A DNA stretch of 63,843 bases, filler included, from Octopus bimaculoides (taxonomy: Eukaryota): NCBI RefSeq assembly GCF_001194135.2. It is 8 parts of 7 records of this genome, joined end to end, with 100 filler letters (N's around TTAATTAATTAA, not from the genome) between each part and the next. Parts side by side here need not be neighbours in the genome. Positions count along the whole stretch, not along the records: positions 15,490 to 39,026 come from NC_068991.1; 7 more parts are not named here. The stretch is one strand, 5' to 3'. This document shows positions 25,185 through 38,199 of this stretch, in pieces. Each line of letters starts with the position of its first letter. Position 1 is the stretch's first letter. Below the pieces are notes generated by a model. The model was not told where the DNA came from, made no database searches, and worked only from the letters and a program-made list of their open reading frames with translations. The position numbers and the translations under genes were made by a program.

Positions 25185-26005
25185 ATGTATATATGATATA
25201 TATGTATATTTCTTTTATCTTTTATCTTTTACTTGTTTCAGTCATTAGACTGAGGCCATGCTGGGCATCGTTTGAATGTATCAACCCCAGTACTTTTTTT
25301 TAAACCTGGTACTTATCCTATCGATCTCTTTTGCCAAAGCACTAAGTTACAGGGACATAAACACACCAACACNNNNNNNNNNNNNNNNNNNNNNNNNNNN
25401 NNNNNNNNNNNNNNNNNNNNNNNNNNNNNNNNNNNNNNNNNNNNNNNNNNNNNNNNNNNNNNNNNNNNNNNNNNNNNNNNNNNNNNNNNNNNNNNNNNNN
25501 NNNNNNNNNNNNNNNNNNNNNNNNNNNNNNNNNNNNNNNNNNNNNNNNNNNNNNNNNNNNNNNNNNNNNNNNNNNNNNNNNNNNNNNNNNNNNNNNNNNN
25601 NNNNNNNNNNNNNNNNNNNNNNNNNNNNNNNNNNNNNNNNNNNNNNNNNNNNNNNNNNNNNNNNNNNNNNNNNNNNNNNNNNNNNNNNNNNNNNNNNNNN
25701 NNNNNNNNNNNNNNNNNNNNNNNNNNNNNNNNNNNNNNNNNNNNNNNNNNNNNNNNNNNNNNNNNNNNNNNNNNNNNNNNNNNNNNNNNNNNNNNNNNNN
25801 NNNNNNNNNNNNNNNNNNNNNNNNNNNNNNNNNNNNNNNNNNNNNNNNNNNNNNNNNNNNNNNNNNNNNNNNNNNNNNNNNNNNNNNNNNNNNNNNNNNN
25901 NNNNNNNNNNNNNNNNNNNNNNNNNNNNNNNNNNNNNNNNNNNNNNNNNNNNNNNNNNNNNNNNNNNNNNNNNNNNNNNNNNNNNNNNNNNNNNNNNNNN
26001 NNNNN

Positions 26006-26064
<59 letters not shown>

Positions 26065-26149
26065 AGAGAGAGAGAGAGAGCACACCTGTTTCTTTCTCTG
26101 TTTCTCTGTTACACTCTAACCTTTCATCATCTGGCACAGAATCACCACC

Positions 26150-26500
26150 TCCAATGTCCCCTCCCTTCTCAAAGGATCTTTGTCTTGCATGTTACTTGGT
26201 GACCCTGCCAGTGTTGGTACCACATAAAAAGCATCCAGTCGACACTGTAAAGTGGTGACATTTGGAAGGGCATTCAGCTGTAAAAACCATGGCAAAACTG
26301 ACCTTGCCTGTACTCATGCCACGTAAAAAGCACTTAGTCCACTCTGCAGGTTGATTGGTGTTAGGAAGGGCATCCAGCCATAAAAATCCTGCCAAAACAG
26401 ACAGTGAAGCCTGGTGCAGTCTTCTGCCTGGCCAGCTTCTGTCAAACTGTCCAACCCATACCAGCATGGAAAGCAGACATTAAACAATGATGATGATGAT
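26150..26500 (+). mobile_element. Older RTE 3'-UTR copy ending in (GAT)n
   Basis: Diverged match to the ...CCAACCCATGCTAGCATGGAAAGCGGACGTTAAACGATGAT tail. Confidence 0.7.
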
Positions 26501-26511
26501 GTGTATATATG

Positions 26512-26775
26512 GACTGGCTCTAGTGCGGGTGGCACATAAAATACACCATTTTGAGCGTGGCCATTGCCAGTACCACCTGACTGGCCTTCGTGCGGGTGAC
26601 ACGTAAAAGCACCCACTACACTCTCTGAGTGGTTGGCGTTAGGAAGGGCATCCAGCTGTAGAAACTCTGCCAAATCAGATTGGAGCCTGGTGTAGCCATC
26701 TGGTTTCACCAGTCCTCAGTCAAATCGTCCAACCCATGCTAGCATGGAAAGCGGATGTTAAACGATGATTATGAT
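26512..26775 (+). mobile_element. Young RTE 3'-UTR copy (5'-truncated)
   Basis: High identity to 16920-17080, 30427-30670, 37832-38185 and 60316-60510. Confidence 0.9.
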
Positions 26776-27064
26776 ATATTATATACATGAACATTTGGGT
26801 ACAGGACATCACCAATGGTGCAAATAACATGAAATACATAAACGAGAAAAAATGGAAAACGGGACAAGTTAACACAGAGAAANNNNNNNNNNNNNNNNNN
26901 NNNNNNNNNNNNNNNNNNNNNNNNNNNNNNNNNNNNNNNNNNNNNNNNNNNNNNNNNNNNNNNNNNNNNNNNNNNNNNNNNNNNNNNNNNNNNNNNNNNN
27001 NNNNNNNNNNNNNNNNNNNNNNNNNNNNNNNNNNNNNNNNNNNNNNNNNTATATATTGGTTATG

Positions 27065-27365
27065 ATGATGAGGGTTCTAGTCAATCCAGTCAACAAAACA
27101 TCCTGCTTGTGAAATTAATGTGCAAGTGGTTGAACACTTTACAGATATGTGTATCCCTAATATAGTTCTCAGGGAGATTCAGTGACAGCATGTGACAAGG
27201 TTGACCATTTGAAATACAGGTACGCTCAATTTTGTTAGCTAAGTTGACTGCCGCAACATGACATAAAATGCCTTGTTCAAGGACACCATGCACCACCAGG
27301 AATTGAACTCATGACCTTATGATCTTGAGCTGAATACCCTAACCTCTAAGCCACACACCTTCACA
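27065..27365 (-). mobile_element. SINE family D (tRNA head, CORE-like block, family-B tail)
   Basis: Same architecture as 47548-47883. Confidence 0.75.
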
Positions 27366-27904
27366 ATCTGATAATAAATCTGCTTGTCTATCCGTTGCTT
27401 AGCCCATCCATAATGCTTTCATATGATTAGTTGAAAGGAAAGGTGAAGAGTGAGAGAAAAAGAGGGAGAAAGAAAAGAGGGTGAGAGAAAATGAGGGAGA
27501 GAGAAGCGTCCATGATGTGAGGCAGAGGGAACATAATTGTAACGCTTTCACATGATTAGATGAAGGGAAAGAGGGAACAAGAGGAAGAAAGAAAAAGAGA
27601 TGACAAGAAGATAAGGCGAAGAGTGAGACAGAAAGAGGGAGAAAGAAAAAGAGGGAGAGAGAAGCATCCATGACATGTGGTAGGGAGAATGTAATATTTA
27701 TTACATTGTTAAAAAAGTTAGTTGAAGAGAAATATAGTTTTAGCAGAGGGGTGATGTTCTGATAGTGAGGTTAAAGAAAAGCAGAGAAAGACGGGAGAGG
27801 GAGAGGCGATGATGATGGTGGTAGTGGTGGTGGTGGTGGTGGTGATGGTGGTGAGTGAATATTGAAAAGTGGATTTTTTAATTGAACTAAGTTTTTTTTA
27901 TATC

Positions 27905-28304
27905 ACCTAGCACTAAATGCATGCTCATAAGTGCATTTCCGTGAAATATTCACGCTTGTTTATGTGGCAAATATATGCACTTTAACTAAAGGTTATACCA
28001 TATGTACGGTGATTTTTTTCTTTATGGGAAAAATGGAAAAATAAGAGTGAATGTTTATTTTATGTGTGCTTTGTATTAAATCAATAAAATTGTGCATAAA
28101 GTACATAAAGTGATTATATAAAGTGCATTAAGTAATCATCATATTCCAATTTCTTCCACTTTTCAATGAGTAGCAGAGATGAGTGACTAGCTTTCCATAC
28201 AGACACAATACAGGCTACACTTTCAGGATTCTTGGATAAAGTTTTCAGAAATACCCCAATAAATTTACCGTTAATTCCATGAAATATTCATGAGTCTCTC
28301 TAGT
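27905..28304 (-). mobile_element. Second copy of the Helitron-like element at 5382
   Basis: Reverse complement aligns with 5382-5740 and 5841-6116 along its length. Confidence 0.75.
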
Positions 28305-28313
28305 TTATATATA

Positions 28314-29207
28314 ACTAGCAGAAATATCCAGCGTTGCCTGGATTAAAGAAAATAATGAAATTCGAAAATGTCTTTTAGATCTCTAACATGACACATGGAT
28401 TATGCAGTTCTCAACAGTAATTAGCTGAGGTACAAACTATTAATGTCAATAACATATTTTGTCCAATGTTCTCACTGTTAAAATNNNNNNNNNNNNNNNN
28501 NNNNNNNNNNNNNNNNNNNNNNNNNNNNNNNNNNNNNNNNNNNNNNNNNNNNNNNNNNNNNNNNNNNNNNNNNNNNNNNNNNNNNNNNNNNNNNNNNNNN
28601 NNNNNNNNNNNNNNNNNNNNNNNNNNNNNNNNNNNNNNNNNNNNNNNNNNNNNNNNNNNNNNNNNNNNNNNNNNNNNNNNNNNNNNNNNNNNNNNNNNNN
28701 NNNNNNNNNNNNNNNNNNNNNNNNNNNNNNNNNNNNNNNNNNNNNNNNNNNNNNNNNNNNNNNNNNNNNNNNNNNNNNNNNNNNNNNNNNNNNNNNNNNN
28801 NNNNNNNNNNNNNNNNNNNNNNNNNNNNNNNNNNNNNNNNNNNNNNNNNNNNNNNNNNNNNNNNNNNNNNNNNNNNNNNNNNNNNNNNNACCCAGCCACA
28901 TTACTTGGAAAAGAATAATCTTTATTGTGCTGGTTTTTTGTAAAATTTCGCGCATGTGAAAGGCAACAAAATCGCCCCTCCCCACTTTGAATGGGATATT
29001 CCTATCTTAAAAAGTAATAATCGATTATCTCGGTAACCATGGGAGTTGGAGGACAATAAAAATCTCCTGAACATGAGCGGACCATGCTGCCGCTCTGTGC
29101 TGAATTTCACGCGATTCCACTGCACCGTTCTCGAGTGAATCTGCCGACACTCAATCAATCAATCAATCAAGCAAGCAATCAAGAACACTGCAATTTATAG
29201 TATAGAT
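28314..29207 (+). mobile_element. Non-autonomous Helitron-like element (Lep1/HINE-type architecture), gapped
   Basis: 5' ACTAGCAGAAATATCCAGCGTTGCCTGG hairpin start. 3' aatttcacgcgattccactgcaccgttctcgagtg, then a (TCAA)n microsatellite and a TTTATAGTATAGAT end. Linkage across the gap is inferred. Confidence 0.65.
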
Positions 29208-30426
29208 AATCAAAGCAACAGAAGCAGTACTAATCCCAAAAGGTAAAATTCATCACCACTTAAAAGTAGATGTTGCATTAGAACACATAATACTGCAATA
29301 TGTACCATGAGAGAAACCCTTTTGTGGTACGTATAAGCACTTCATTGTTTACATTGCAAGTGACAGACAATCACCACCACTTTTGCTGCCAGGACTACCA
29401 GATAATGTGATTTCAGCCTTTTTTGGCCTTGTTAATGGTAGATACCTGGCTGCTGGAAATAGCAGTAACTGTTCCGCCAACAATATTTATAGAATCACAG
29501 AACCCAATCAGGCACTGGTGTTGCTAAAAGCCAGTAGGCTGATCAAAATATAATTCAAGTAACAGAAGCAGTTTTAATACCAAAAGGCAATAATGTATGT
29601 ATGTATGTATGTATGTATGTATGTATGTATGTATGTATACATACATACATACATACATACATACACATATATATATATATATNNNNNNNNNNNNNNNNNN
29701 NNNNNNNNNNNNNNNNNNNNNNNNNNNNNNNNNNNNNNNNNNNNNNNNNNNNNNNNNNNNNNNNNNNNNNNNNNNNNNNNNNNNNNNNNNNNNNNNNNNN
29801 NNNNNNNNNNNNNNNNNNNNNNNNNNNNNNNNNNNNNNNNNNNNNNNNNNNNNNNNNNNNNNNNNNNNNNNNNNNNNNNNNNNNNNNNNNNNNNNNNNNN
29901 NNNNNNNNNNNNNNNNNNNNNNNNNNNNNNNNNNNNNNNNNNNNNNNNNNNNNNNNNNNNNNNNNNNNNNNNNNNNNNNNNNNNNNNNNNNNNNNNNNNN
30001 NNNNNNNNNNNNNNNNNNNNNNNNNNNNNNNNNNNNNNNNNNNNNNNNNNNNNNNNNNNNNNNNNNNNNNNNNNNNNNNNNNNNNNNNNNNNNNNNNNNN
30101 NNNNNNNNNNNNNNNNNNNNNNNNNNNNNNNNNNNNNNNNNNNNNNNNNNNNNNNNNNNNNNNNNNNNNNNNNNNNNNNNNNNNNNNNNNNNNNNNNNNN
30201 NNNNNNNNNNNNNNNNNNNNNNNNNNNNNNNNNNNNNNNNNNNNNNNNNNNNNNNNNNNNNNNNNNNNNNNNNNNNNNNNNNNNNNNNNNNNNNNNNNNN
30301 NNNNNNNNNNNNNNNNNNNNNNNNNNNNNNNNNNNNNNNNNNNNNNNNNNNNNNNNNNNNNNNNNNNNNNNNNNNNNNNNNNNNNNNNNNNNNNNNNNNN
30401 NNNNNNNNNNNNNNNNNNNNNNNNNG

Positions 30427-30670
30427 GCTTGTGCGGGTGGCACATAAAAGACACCATTTCGAGCGTGGCCGTTTTCGTGCGGGTGACACGTAAAAGCACC
30501 CACTACACTCTCTGAGTGGTTGGCGTTAGGAAGGGCATCCAGCTGTAGAAACTCTGCCAAATCAGACTGGAGCCTGGTGTTGCCATCCGGTTTCACCAGT
30601 CCTCAGTCAAATCGTCCAACCCATGCTAGCATGGAAAGCGGACGTTAAACGATGATGATGATGATGATGA
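30427..30670 (+). mobile_element. Young RTE 3'-UTR copy
   Basis: As for 26512; (GAT)n tail. Confidence 0.9.
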
Positions 30671-31254
30671 TATATATATACATATGCTAATAGCAAAATT
30701 CAAACCTAAACTATACACACATATACCACATGTAAAATAAAAGAATCATGACATCATGAAATCTCCTAGGATTTAGCATTTTCTGATTTAAATTCTTTCT
30801 CCAAGAGTCATGTCTCTCCTCTACACAAACAAATTTGTTCCTGTCTCTTCTATCATGCTTTAACCTCTTAATTCCTAGTATAAGATTACCTCACTCACTT
30901 ACTATACTCTTACTCTCTTAAGGGGGCTCTTGAGTCTTGTGAGTTACATAGCAATCTAACTAGTACAGACACCATAAAGAAAGAAGCACCCAGTACTCTC
31001 TGTAAAGTGGTTGATGTTATGAAGAGCATCTGGCTGTGGAAACCATGCAAAAATTGTGACGCTGGAGTAGGAACTTGTCAAACCATCCAACCCAAGGGTA
31101 GCATGGAAAGTAGACAGGAAGGGATAATGATGAGGATTGTATCAGATATAAAATTACTGTCAAGGCCCCATGAGATTTTCCACAAAATGTACTGAGTACA
31201 TGCTGTTACAACAATTTAATTCGAAAATGTGATTGTGAAAGTTTAGAAATGTCA

Positions 31255-31480
31255 GGCTAATGAATTTCTTTCTACTACCGACACAAGGCCTGGAATTTTC
31301 TGAGGAGGGGACTAGTTAATTACATCATCCACAGAGTTCAACTGATACTTAGTTTATCAATCCCAAGAGAATGAAAGACAAAGTCAACCTTGGTGAAATT
31401 TGAACTCGGAATACAAAGCTGGAAAAAATGCTGCAATGCATTGTGTCCAGCATGCTAACAATTCTACCAGCTCACTGTCT
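31255..31480 (-). mobile_element. SINE family A, diverged
   Basis: Head, B-box and central block recognisable. Confidence 0.75.
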
Positions 31481-31999
31481 TTGTCAGAATAATGAATTTC
31501 AAAACATCATTGTTCCAAACTAGACATAAAGGACTAATAAGGAAATATACAGAGAAATCCTTAATGAAATAGATCAGATTGATCATAGTCATGTTTTTAA
31601 TTATATCAAGAATGAATGTAAAGCTGTTCCTATTATACAATTTATATATATATAAATTTATATGTAAATGCACACACATATACACATGCACAGGGGGAAA
31701 GAGAGGGGTGGGGGGAAACAGACAAGCAGTAAGTGAATTAAGTTCTACACTATAGGTTTATTCCTGAGACAATGATGTCCATGTATTGTGAGGCACATAG
31801 AAACAGCAATAATGGATCAATTGTATTTCTCACAACAACAGTGAACAACAAAGAGCTATTTCTACAGATCAATAATTTTATATCTATCATCAACATCCTT
31901 TATCTTAGAATTTCAAGCACTTCTGACAGATGGCAGTTCAATGTGATCACTTTTACTTTCTAAAATATATAAAAGCACACAGTGGGGAACTAGTATAGG

Positions 32000-32320
32000 C
32001 CATTGTTGTAGTTGTTGCTGTTGTTGTTGTTGTTATTGTTGCAGCTGCTGCTACTGATGATGATGATGACGACGACGACGATGATGATGATGTTGTTGAT
32101 ACTGGTGATGATGATATTGATGTTGATGTAGTAGATCGTTATTGTTGTTGATGATGATGTTGGTCTATGTTGGTGTTGTTGTTGATGATGATGATGTTGA
32201 TTGTTATTGTTGATGTTGTTGATGATGTTATTGCTGTTGTTGTTATTGATGATGATGATGATGATGAATGTTGTTGTTGTTGTTGTTGTTGTTAATGATA
32301 TTGCTTGTTATTGTTGATGT
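32000..32320. repeat. Compound (GTT)/(GAT)n low-complexity tract
   Basis: Directly visible. Confidence 0.9.
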
Positions 32321-32799
32321 TTAAACCACAGCTCAGCTCTAATCAAGCACACTAATGATCAAAAGTATTTCAGCCTTGGAGATATATTTTATTTTCAGAC
32401 ATTTATGACTATTTTATTCAGTGTGTCCTTCTATTTTTTAAAGCAGTAGGATGAGCATTTAGCTGCTGTTTCTAGCAGATAGGCTTTATCTCTGATGTCT
32501 CCAAGGTAATTTTAGCTAAATTTCTAATTAGTTTTGTAAAGAGATTGCCACAGAAATAGAGATCTAAGGGTAATATTTTGTAAAATGTTTCATCCTTTTG
32601 TTACCATATTTTTGTTGAAATACATCACCACTTGTTCAATTAATTTTGAAAATGATGAAGAATTTAATTAAAGTATCTTTGTTGTTATTTAGCTGGTGTA
32701 TGGAATATAAATTAGTATGAAATTCTTATGGGACGTTTTAATTTAGGTCTCTTAAGAATGGGAAGTTTCTGTCATAGAACCAAACCAGTCTCATGTGGG

Positions 32800-33250
32800 G
32801 TGGTATCATCATCATCATCAAGGTGCCTTAACTGGTGCAGCCTGTCACTGGGGCACCACTCTAGACATTTTCATAGTCGGCCATCACCATTGGTTTCTGT
32901 TCTCTTTCATGCATAGCGGGTTTGCTATGTTGTGGCCTGTCCAGTCCTTGAATTTGTCAAACCAGGATTTTCTGTCTGCCTCTCTTTTGCTCTCCTTCAA
33001 CTGTGACCTGAAGAATAGTTTTGGACAGGGAGTTGTGGTGGAATACCTGACCATACTGGGCAAGTTTCCATCTTTTTACCTGTGCAAGGAGTGGTTCCTC
33101 TCAGCCAGCATATTTGTTGACTTGCTACCTTCATTTTGTGTTCTGTGTACAAGATTTGTAATAGCCTTCTGAAGTACATGTGCTCAAGTGACTTCTGGGT
33201 TGGTACCAAAAGGATTAAAGATGGAGATTTCAACCTGCATTGACTCCATG
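32800..33250 (-). mobile_element. RTE LINE 3' end (third subfamily)
   Basis: RWKLAQYGQVFHHNSLSKTILQVTVEGEQKRGRQ..., followed by a short UTR and (GAT)n tail at 32805-32820. Confidence 0.75.
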
Positions 33251-33289
33251 AACAGTGACTTTGAAAGTATCCCCTAATGGGGTCATACT

Positions 33290-33960
33290 AATTCTATCTT
33301 GTTTAACAGCACAAAACTTCAACTATTATACATATCAAAAAACATCATATCCTTCCCTACATAAACATGAACATGTAAGTAGGGACCTCAAAATTGCCTC
33401 AAATGCAAGGATTCACTATCACAGGATCTTACTTGGTGGATGCACATCATAAGTATAACAAACACTGGCCCCTACTATCACTAGGGATCTCTTTGGGTGA
33501 ATGCACACCCTCAACCTAACAGAAGCTGTGTTACAAAGATTAGTCTTCCTCTTTGGAACCAGAAAATATTTGAGTCTGTAACCCTCTATAAAGCTCAGGC
33601 AATAAACCACAAAGGGGCCCTACTTTAACATCTGAAACTGTATTGCTGGTACACATACAGACATCCTCGACTGCATTCAAAGAAAGACTACTCAACTAAA
33701 TACTATGAAACTGTTTGCCAAAATACTTAAACCTCTCATCCACTAACATGCTTTCTTTCTCTTTCTCTGTGTTTTTCTACTGCTACTGTAGTGACCACAA
33801 TTCTTCAGAGCAGCTGGTTAATCTTGTGACACCTCCAATCTAGTACTCCCAACTCCCTTATCTCTCCTCTTCCAGTTGGCCATATTATAGTCTCGCCATT
33901 CATATTTTTCCTGCAGTTGTTGACAAGGACATTAACTATACCAAGCTCACCATCTAAGGT
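33290..33960 (+). pseudogene. CR1/L2-like LINE RT C-terminal relic
   Basis: Fragments GFTI..DLTWWMHI, LYKAQ, LDCIQRKTTQL, LKPLIH and FFYCYC...LVTPP follow the CR1-type motif order. Confidence 0.55.
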
Positions 33961-34282
33961 TCTCTAAAAGCCATGGTTACAAACCCTCCCCCAGTCACAG
34001 GGGAATTCAAAGGCCATGGGCACACTCCTTTTACCCAGACCAATCAAAAACAAAAACAAAAAGAAAATTAAATTTCATGAATCTATATACAGTAACTGAC
34101 AGAAGAGATATTGCAGCGTGTAAATGAGGGATGGGGTAAAGCAAGAATGGTCAGAGAAACTGCTCAATGAGGTTAGAGTTTAACTTTAACCCAAACATTT
34201 GTGAAATGTTTGAGTGTTTTTACTTATATGATATTTGTTTTTCTTCAGTAAACTATAGAAATAAAGGCATGCATCATAAATA

Positions 34283-34386
34283 CTGTAGAATTAAGCGTAC
34301 ACACCTTAAAGACTGTAGAATTAAGCGTACACACCTTAAAGACTGTAGAATTAAGCGTACACACCTTAAAGACTGTAGAATTAAGG
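34283..34386. repeat. 30-bp tandem repeat ACTGTAGAATTAAGCGTACACACCTTAAAG, about 3.4 copies
   Basis: Directly visible; copies are identical. Confidence 0.9.
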
Positions 34387-34763
34387 TTGTTAGCACTCCG
34401 TCGCTTACGACGTCAAGGATTCCAGTTGATCCGATCAACGGAACAGCCTGCTCATGAAATTAACATGCAAGTGGCTGAGCACTCCACAGACACGTGTACC
34501 CTTAACGTAGTTCTTGGGGATATTCAGCGTGACACAGTGTGACAAGGCTGACCCTTTGAATTACAGGCACAACAGAAACAGGAAGTAAGAGAAAGTTGTG
34601 GTGGAAGAGTACAGCAGGGTTCGCCACCATCCCCTGCTGGAGCCTCGTGGAGCTTTTGGTGTTTTCGCTCAATAAACATTCACAATGCCCGGTCTTGGAA
34701 TCGAAACCATGATCCTATGACCACAAGTCCGCTGCCCTAACCACTGGGCCATTGCGCCTCCAC
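34387..34763 (-). mobile_element. SINE family B (OR1-like by recall), full length with TSD AGAATTAAGG
   Basis: Head GGAGGCGCAATGGCCCAGTGGTTAGGGCAGCGGAC...TTCGATTCC and tail ...GACGGAGTGCTAACAA. TSD at 34377-34386 and 34764-34773. Confidence 0.9.
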
Positions 34764-34874
34764 AGAATTAAGGTAAACCACCTGAAAAGTGTCAAATAAA
34801 GAGGAAGCATCCCAAAAACTGTAGAATTAAGGTAAACACTCTGAAAAATATGTCTGAGCTACAAAATTATTTTG

Positions 34875-35000
34875 CAGTCAATAACCTAGAGTCAATAATC
34901 CAGTGTCAATAACCAGGAGTCATTAAACTGAAGTTATTAACACAGAGTCAATAATCTGAAGTCAATAATCAGGAATCAATAAATTAAAATCAATAACCTT
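34875..35000. repeat. Degenerate 14-bp tandem repeat (GTCAATAACCxGxA), about 9 copies
   Basis: A (g/a)tcaataa motif recurs at a 14-bp period. Confidence 0.7.
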
Positions 35001-35117
35001 TATCTAGTTGATTCACTCTCACTGGACACAAACTATGTAACAAACATCACTTTCTCTGAAAACAATTAATGGTGTTACATACACCAACTATAGAGTCAAT
35101 ATTATATCACAAATTTA

Positions 35118-35340
35118 AGGTGGAAAGCTGGCAGAATCATTAGCATGCCAGGAAAAATGCTTAGTAACATTTCATCCTTCTTTACAATTTTAGCTCAAAT
35201 TCCATTGAGGCCAATTTTGCTTTTCATCCTTTCAAGGACAATAAAATAAGTACTAGTTGAACACTGGGATTGATGTAATCGACTTTGTCCCTCACCCCAA
35301 AATTGCTGGCCTTGTACCAAAATTCGAAACCAATATTGTA
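35118..35340 (+). mobile_element. SINE family A
   Basis: Head and type-1 tail (aaattgctggccttgtaccaaaattcgaaaccaatatt). Confidence 0.8.
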
Positions 35341-35569
35341 TCATAAATGTTGGCTGTCCTTCTTAAGGCTATAATAAAAGACTTCAGCTTTAAAAAGTTA
35401 CAATTCTATATAAGGTGCATGGGAATAATGCACAAATATGTGTGTTAGCATATCTACATACTATATGAATATTGTAGATTACTACACCCTGCCCTACCAA
35501 AAGGCAATGCATCTAAGAGGCAAACTTTTATGTAGATTTTTCAACCCCTATCCATCAGTCCTGTACTCA

Positions 35570-36070
35570 CCAACTATTTAACATCCGTTTTTCCATGCTG
35601 TCATGGGTTGAACAATTTGACCAGAGCTGGCAAGCAGTAAAGCTGCATCAGGTTCCAGTCAGATTTGGCTTAGTTTCTAGGACTGGGCATCATTCCTAAC
35701 ACCAACCACTTTACAGTGTGTGCTGAGAGCTTTGAATGTGGCACTAGCATGAATGCTTCTATGGTGGCACTGGCACAAGTGCTTTTTATGTAGCTCTGGC
35801 ACAAGACTCTCACAGGCCAGTCCTATTCACCAGTAGGAGTGGGCTTAACATTTCTGCTGTGGAGGATGGGTCTTCTTATGTACAGTAAGGTGCCAGGTAT
35901 CTCAGTCCTTTGTCATCTTGTCTGAAAGGTTTAGTGTCCTAAATTCTTCTTTCAGTACTTCATCCCATGTCTTCCTGGGTCTCCTTCTTCCACAAGTTTC
36001 ATCCACTTTGAGAGACTAGCACTGCTTTATGGAGTCTCCTCTCTTGCACACTGCATCTAATTCCTCTTAT
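35570..36070 (-). mobile_element. Older RTE 3' end with ORF2 C-terminus
   Basis: TCGRRRPRKTWDEVLKEEFRTLNLSDKMTKD followed by a diverged 3' UTR. Confidence 0.7.
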
Positions 36071-36475
36071 GCCTAACTTTTCTTTCAATACACTAGCCCT
36101 CTGTCACACAGTAATATATTTCAGAGGAAAGAAGATTGTTTTAAGAAAGAATGAGCACACAGCTTAATAGTAGGTCAGATATTGTAGTGATTTGGGGGTC
36201 AAGGTATTTGCTTATCAAGTATATGTGTCCCTGAGTAATGAGTATTTCCTCTCACATCTGAGACATAAATGCACTTTGCACAGTTAGCAATTGTTCAGAG
36301 AAAAGTGGTTTTCTAGCTCTGAGGAGGAAACCAACCTTTGCAAAACTGGTGCTTGGTAGGTATGGGTTATACGTACATGTATACATGTGTGTGTGTGTGT
36401 GTGTATGCATGAGTATGTGTATATGTGTATGTACATTTATTTATTTATGTGTGTGTGTGTGTATATCTATCTATA

Positions 36476-36546
<71 letters not shown>

Positions 36547-36639
36547 GTATTTACGACAAGTTATATATATATGTCTGGTCACAGAGTGGCCAATGCTTTC
36601 GGATCTATATAGTGCTTAGCTTTATAGACAATTTGCCAG

Positions 36640-37000
36640 AAAGGCCAAACAGGGAAGAACCAATGGAAGATACACCACAGGCAAGAACACAACCAGCACT
36701 CAAGCACAGAGATACAGAACTACCTTTAAGTGGCATCTGTACAACCACAGGTCCTCTTTTAGGGTTCCAGAAAGTCATTACGTCATATCCTTGACCAGCC
36801 ATGTGTGGCACCTTAAGGATGAAGGAACTCCACACAAAATTAAATGGAGGATCATAGAGTAGCTGAGGTCCTATATAAATGGGAGCAAACGATGTAAGCT
36901 TTGCCTAGCAGAGCAGGCAAGGACCCTTAAAGACTTGCTAGATCCAAAATCTCTTAAACTCAAGACATTAGATCTATATCTCCTGCCCCCATTTCAAATG
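36640..37000 (+). pseudogene. Penelope-like GIY-YIG C-terminal fragment
   Basis: FKWHLYNHRSSFR...SLTSHVWHLKDEGTPHKIKWRII..RSYINGSKRCKLCLAE, typical of the PLE endonuclease C-terminus. Confidence 0.75.
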
Positions 37001-37831
37001 CTACCTGCGGCAGGTGTGGGATTCCTGTTCATTGATTAGATCAAAGTAATTGCAAACTGGAACCAGCCTAGGGCAGAGATTCCCTGTTTGTCCTTAATTC
37101 CATAAGATTTGCCAACTGGAGCAATCTAAGGTAGACTAATAGACAAAACTAATTTAGTCTAGTGATCCTAGAGATGCTCATGGGGCACTTATCTCCCCTG
37201 TCGGTGTATATATATTGTGCGCTTCTTACAGCATTAAGAGTTTTTAGCTCTTATTTCTTGCATTATAGATGCTTTAACACCCACAGTCACAATTAGTGAC
37301 AATAAAATATTATTATAATATTGTGCTGGGCTGTTTACATCAATTAATATATATATATATATTCATATATATATATANNNNNNNNNNNNNNNNNNNNNNN
37401 NNNNNNNNNNNNNNNNNNNNNNNNNNNNNNNNNNNNNNNNNNNNNNNNNNNNNNNNNNNNNNNNNNNNNNNNNNNNNNNNNNNNNNNNNNNNNNNNNNNN
37501 NNNNNNNNNNNNNNNNNNNNNNNNNNNNNNNNNNNNNNNNNNNNNNNNNNNNNNNNNNNNNNNNNNNNNNNNNNNNNNNNNNNNNNNNNNNNNNNNNNNN
37601 NNNNNNNNNNNNNNNNNNNNNNNNNNNNNNNNNNNNNNNNNNNNNNNNNNNNNNNNNNNNNNNNNNNNNNNNNNNNNNNNNNNNNNNNNNNNNNNNNNNN
37701 NNNNNNNNNNNNNNNNNNNNNNNNNNNNNNNNNNNNNNNNNNNNNNNNNNNNNNNNNNNNNNNNNNNNNNNNNNNNNNNNNNNNNNNNNNNNNNNNNNNN
37801 NNNNNNNNNNNNNNNNNNNNNNNNNNNNNNN

Positions 37832-38185
37832 GCGAAAGCGAAATCATGATGGCACCAGTACCAGTAAATCACTAAGAGCACCGTCTGAGCGTGATCGTTG
37901 TCAGAGCACCAGCTGTCTGGCTTTTGTGCCAGCGGCACGTAAAATACACCATCTCGAGCGTGGCCGTTGCCAGTACCTCCTGACTGGCCTTTGAGCCGGT
38001 GGCACGTAAAAGCACCCACTACACTCTCGGAGTGATTGGCGTTAGGAAGGGCATCCAGCTGTAGAAACTCTGCCAAATCAGATTGGAGCCTGGTGTAGCC
38101 ATCTGGTTCACCAGTCCTCAGTCAAATTGTCCAACCCATGCTAGGTTGGAAAGCGGATGTTAAACGATGATGATGATGATGATGA
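37832..38185 (+). mobile_element. RTE 3'-UTR copy
   Basis: Matches 16708-17080 and ends in (GAT)n. Confidence 0.9.
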
Positions 38186-38199
38186 TATATATATATATA

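Noticed and set aside
34283-34386. CRISPR-like 30-bp repeats
   Set aside because: Head-to-tail with no spacers, in a eukaryotic context.
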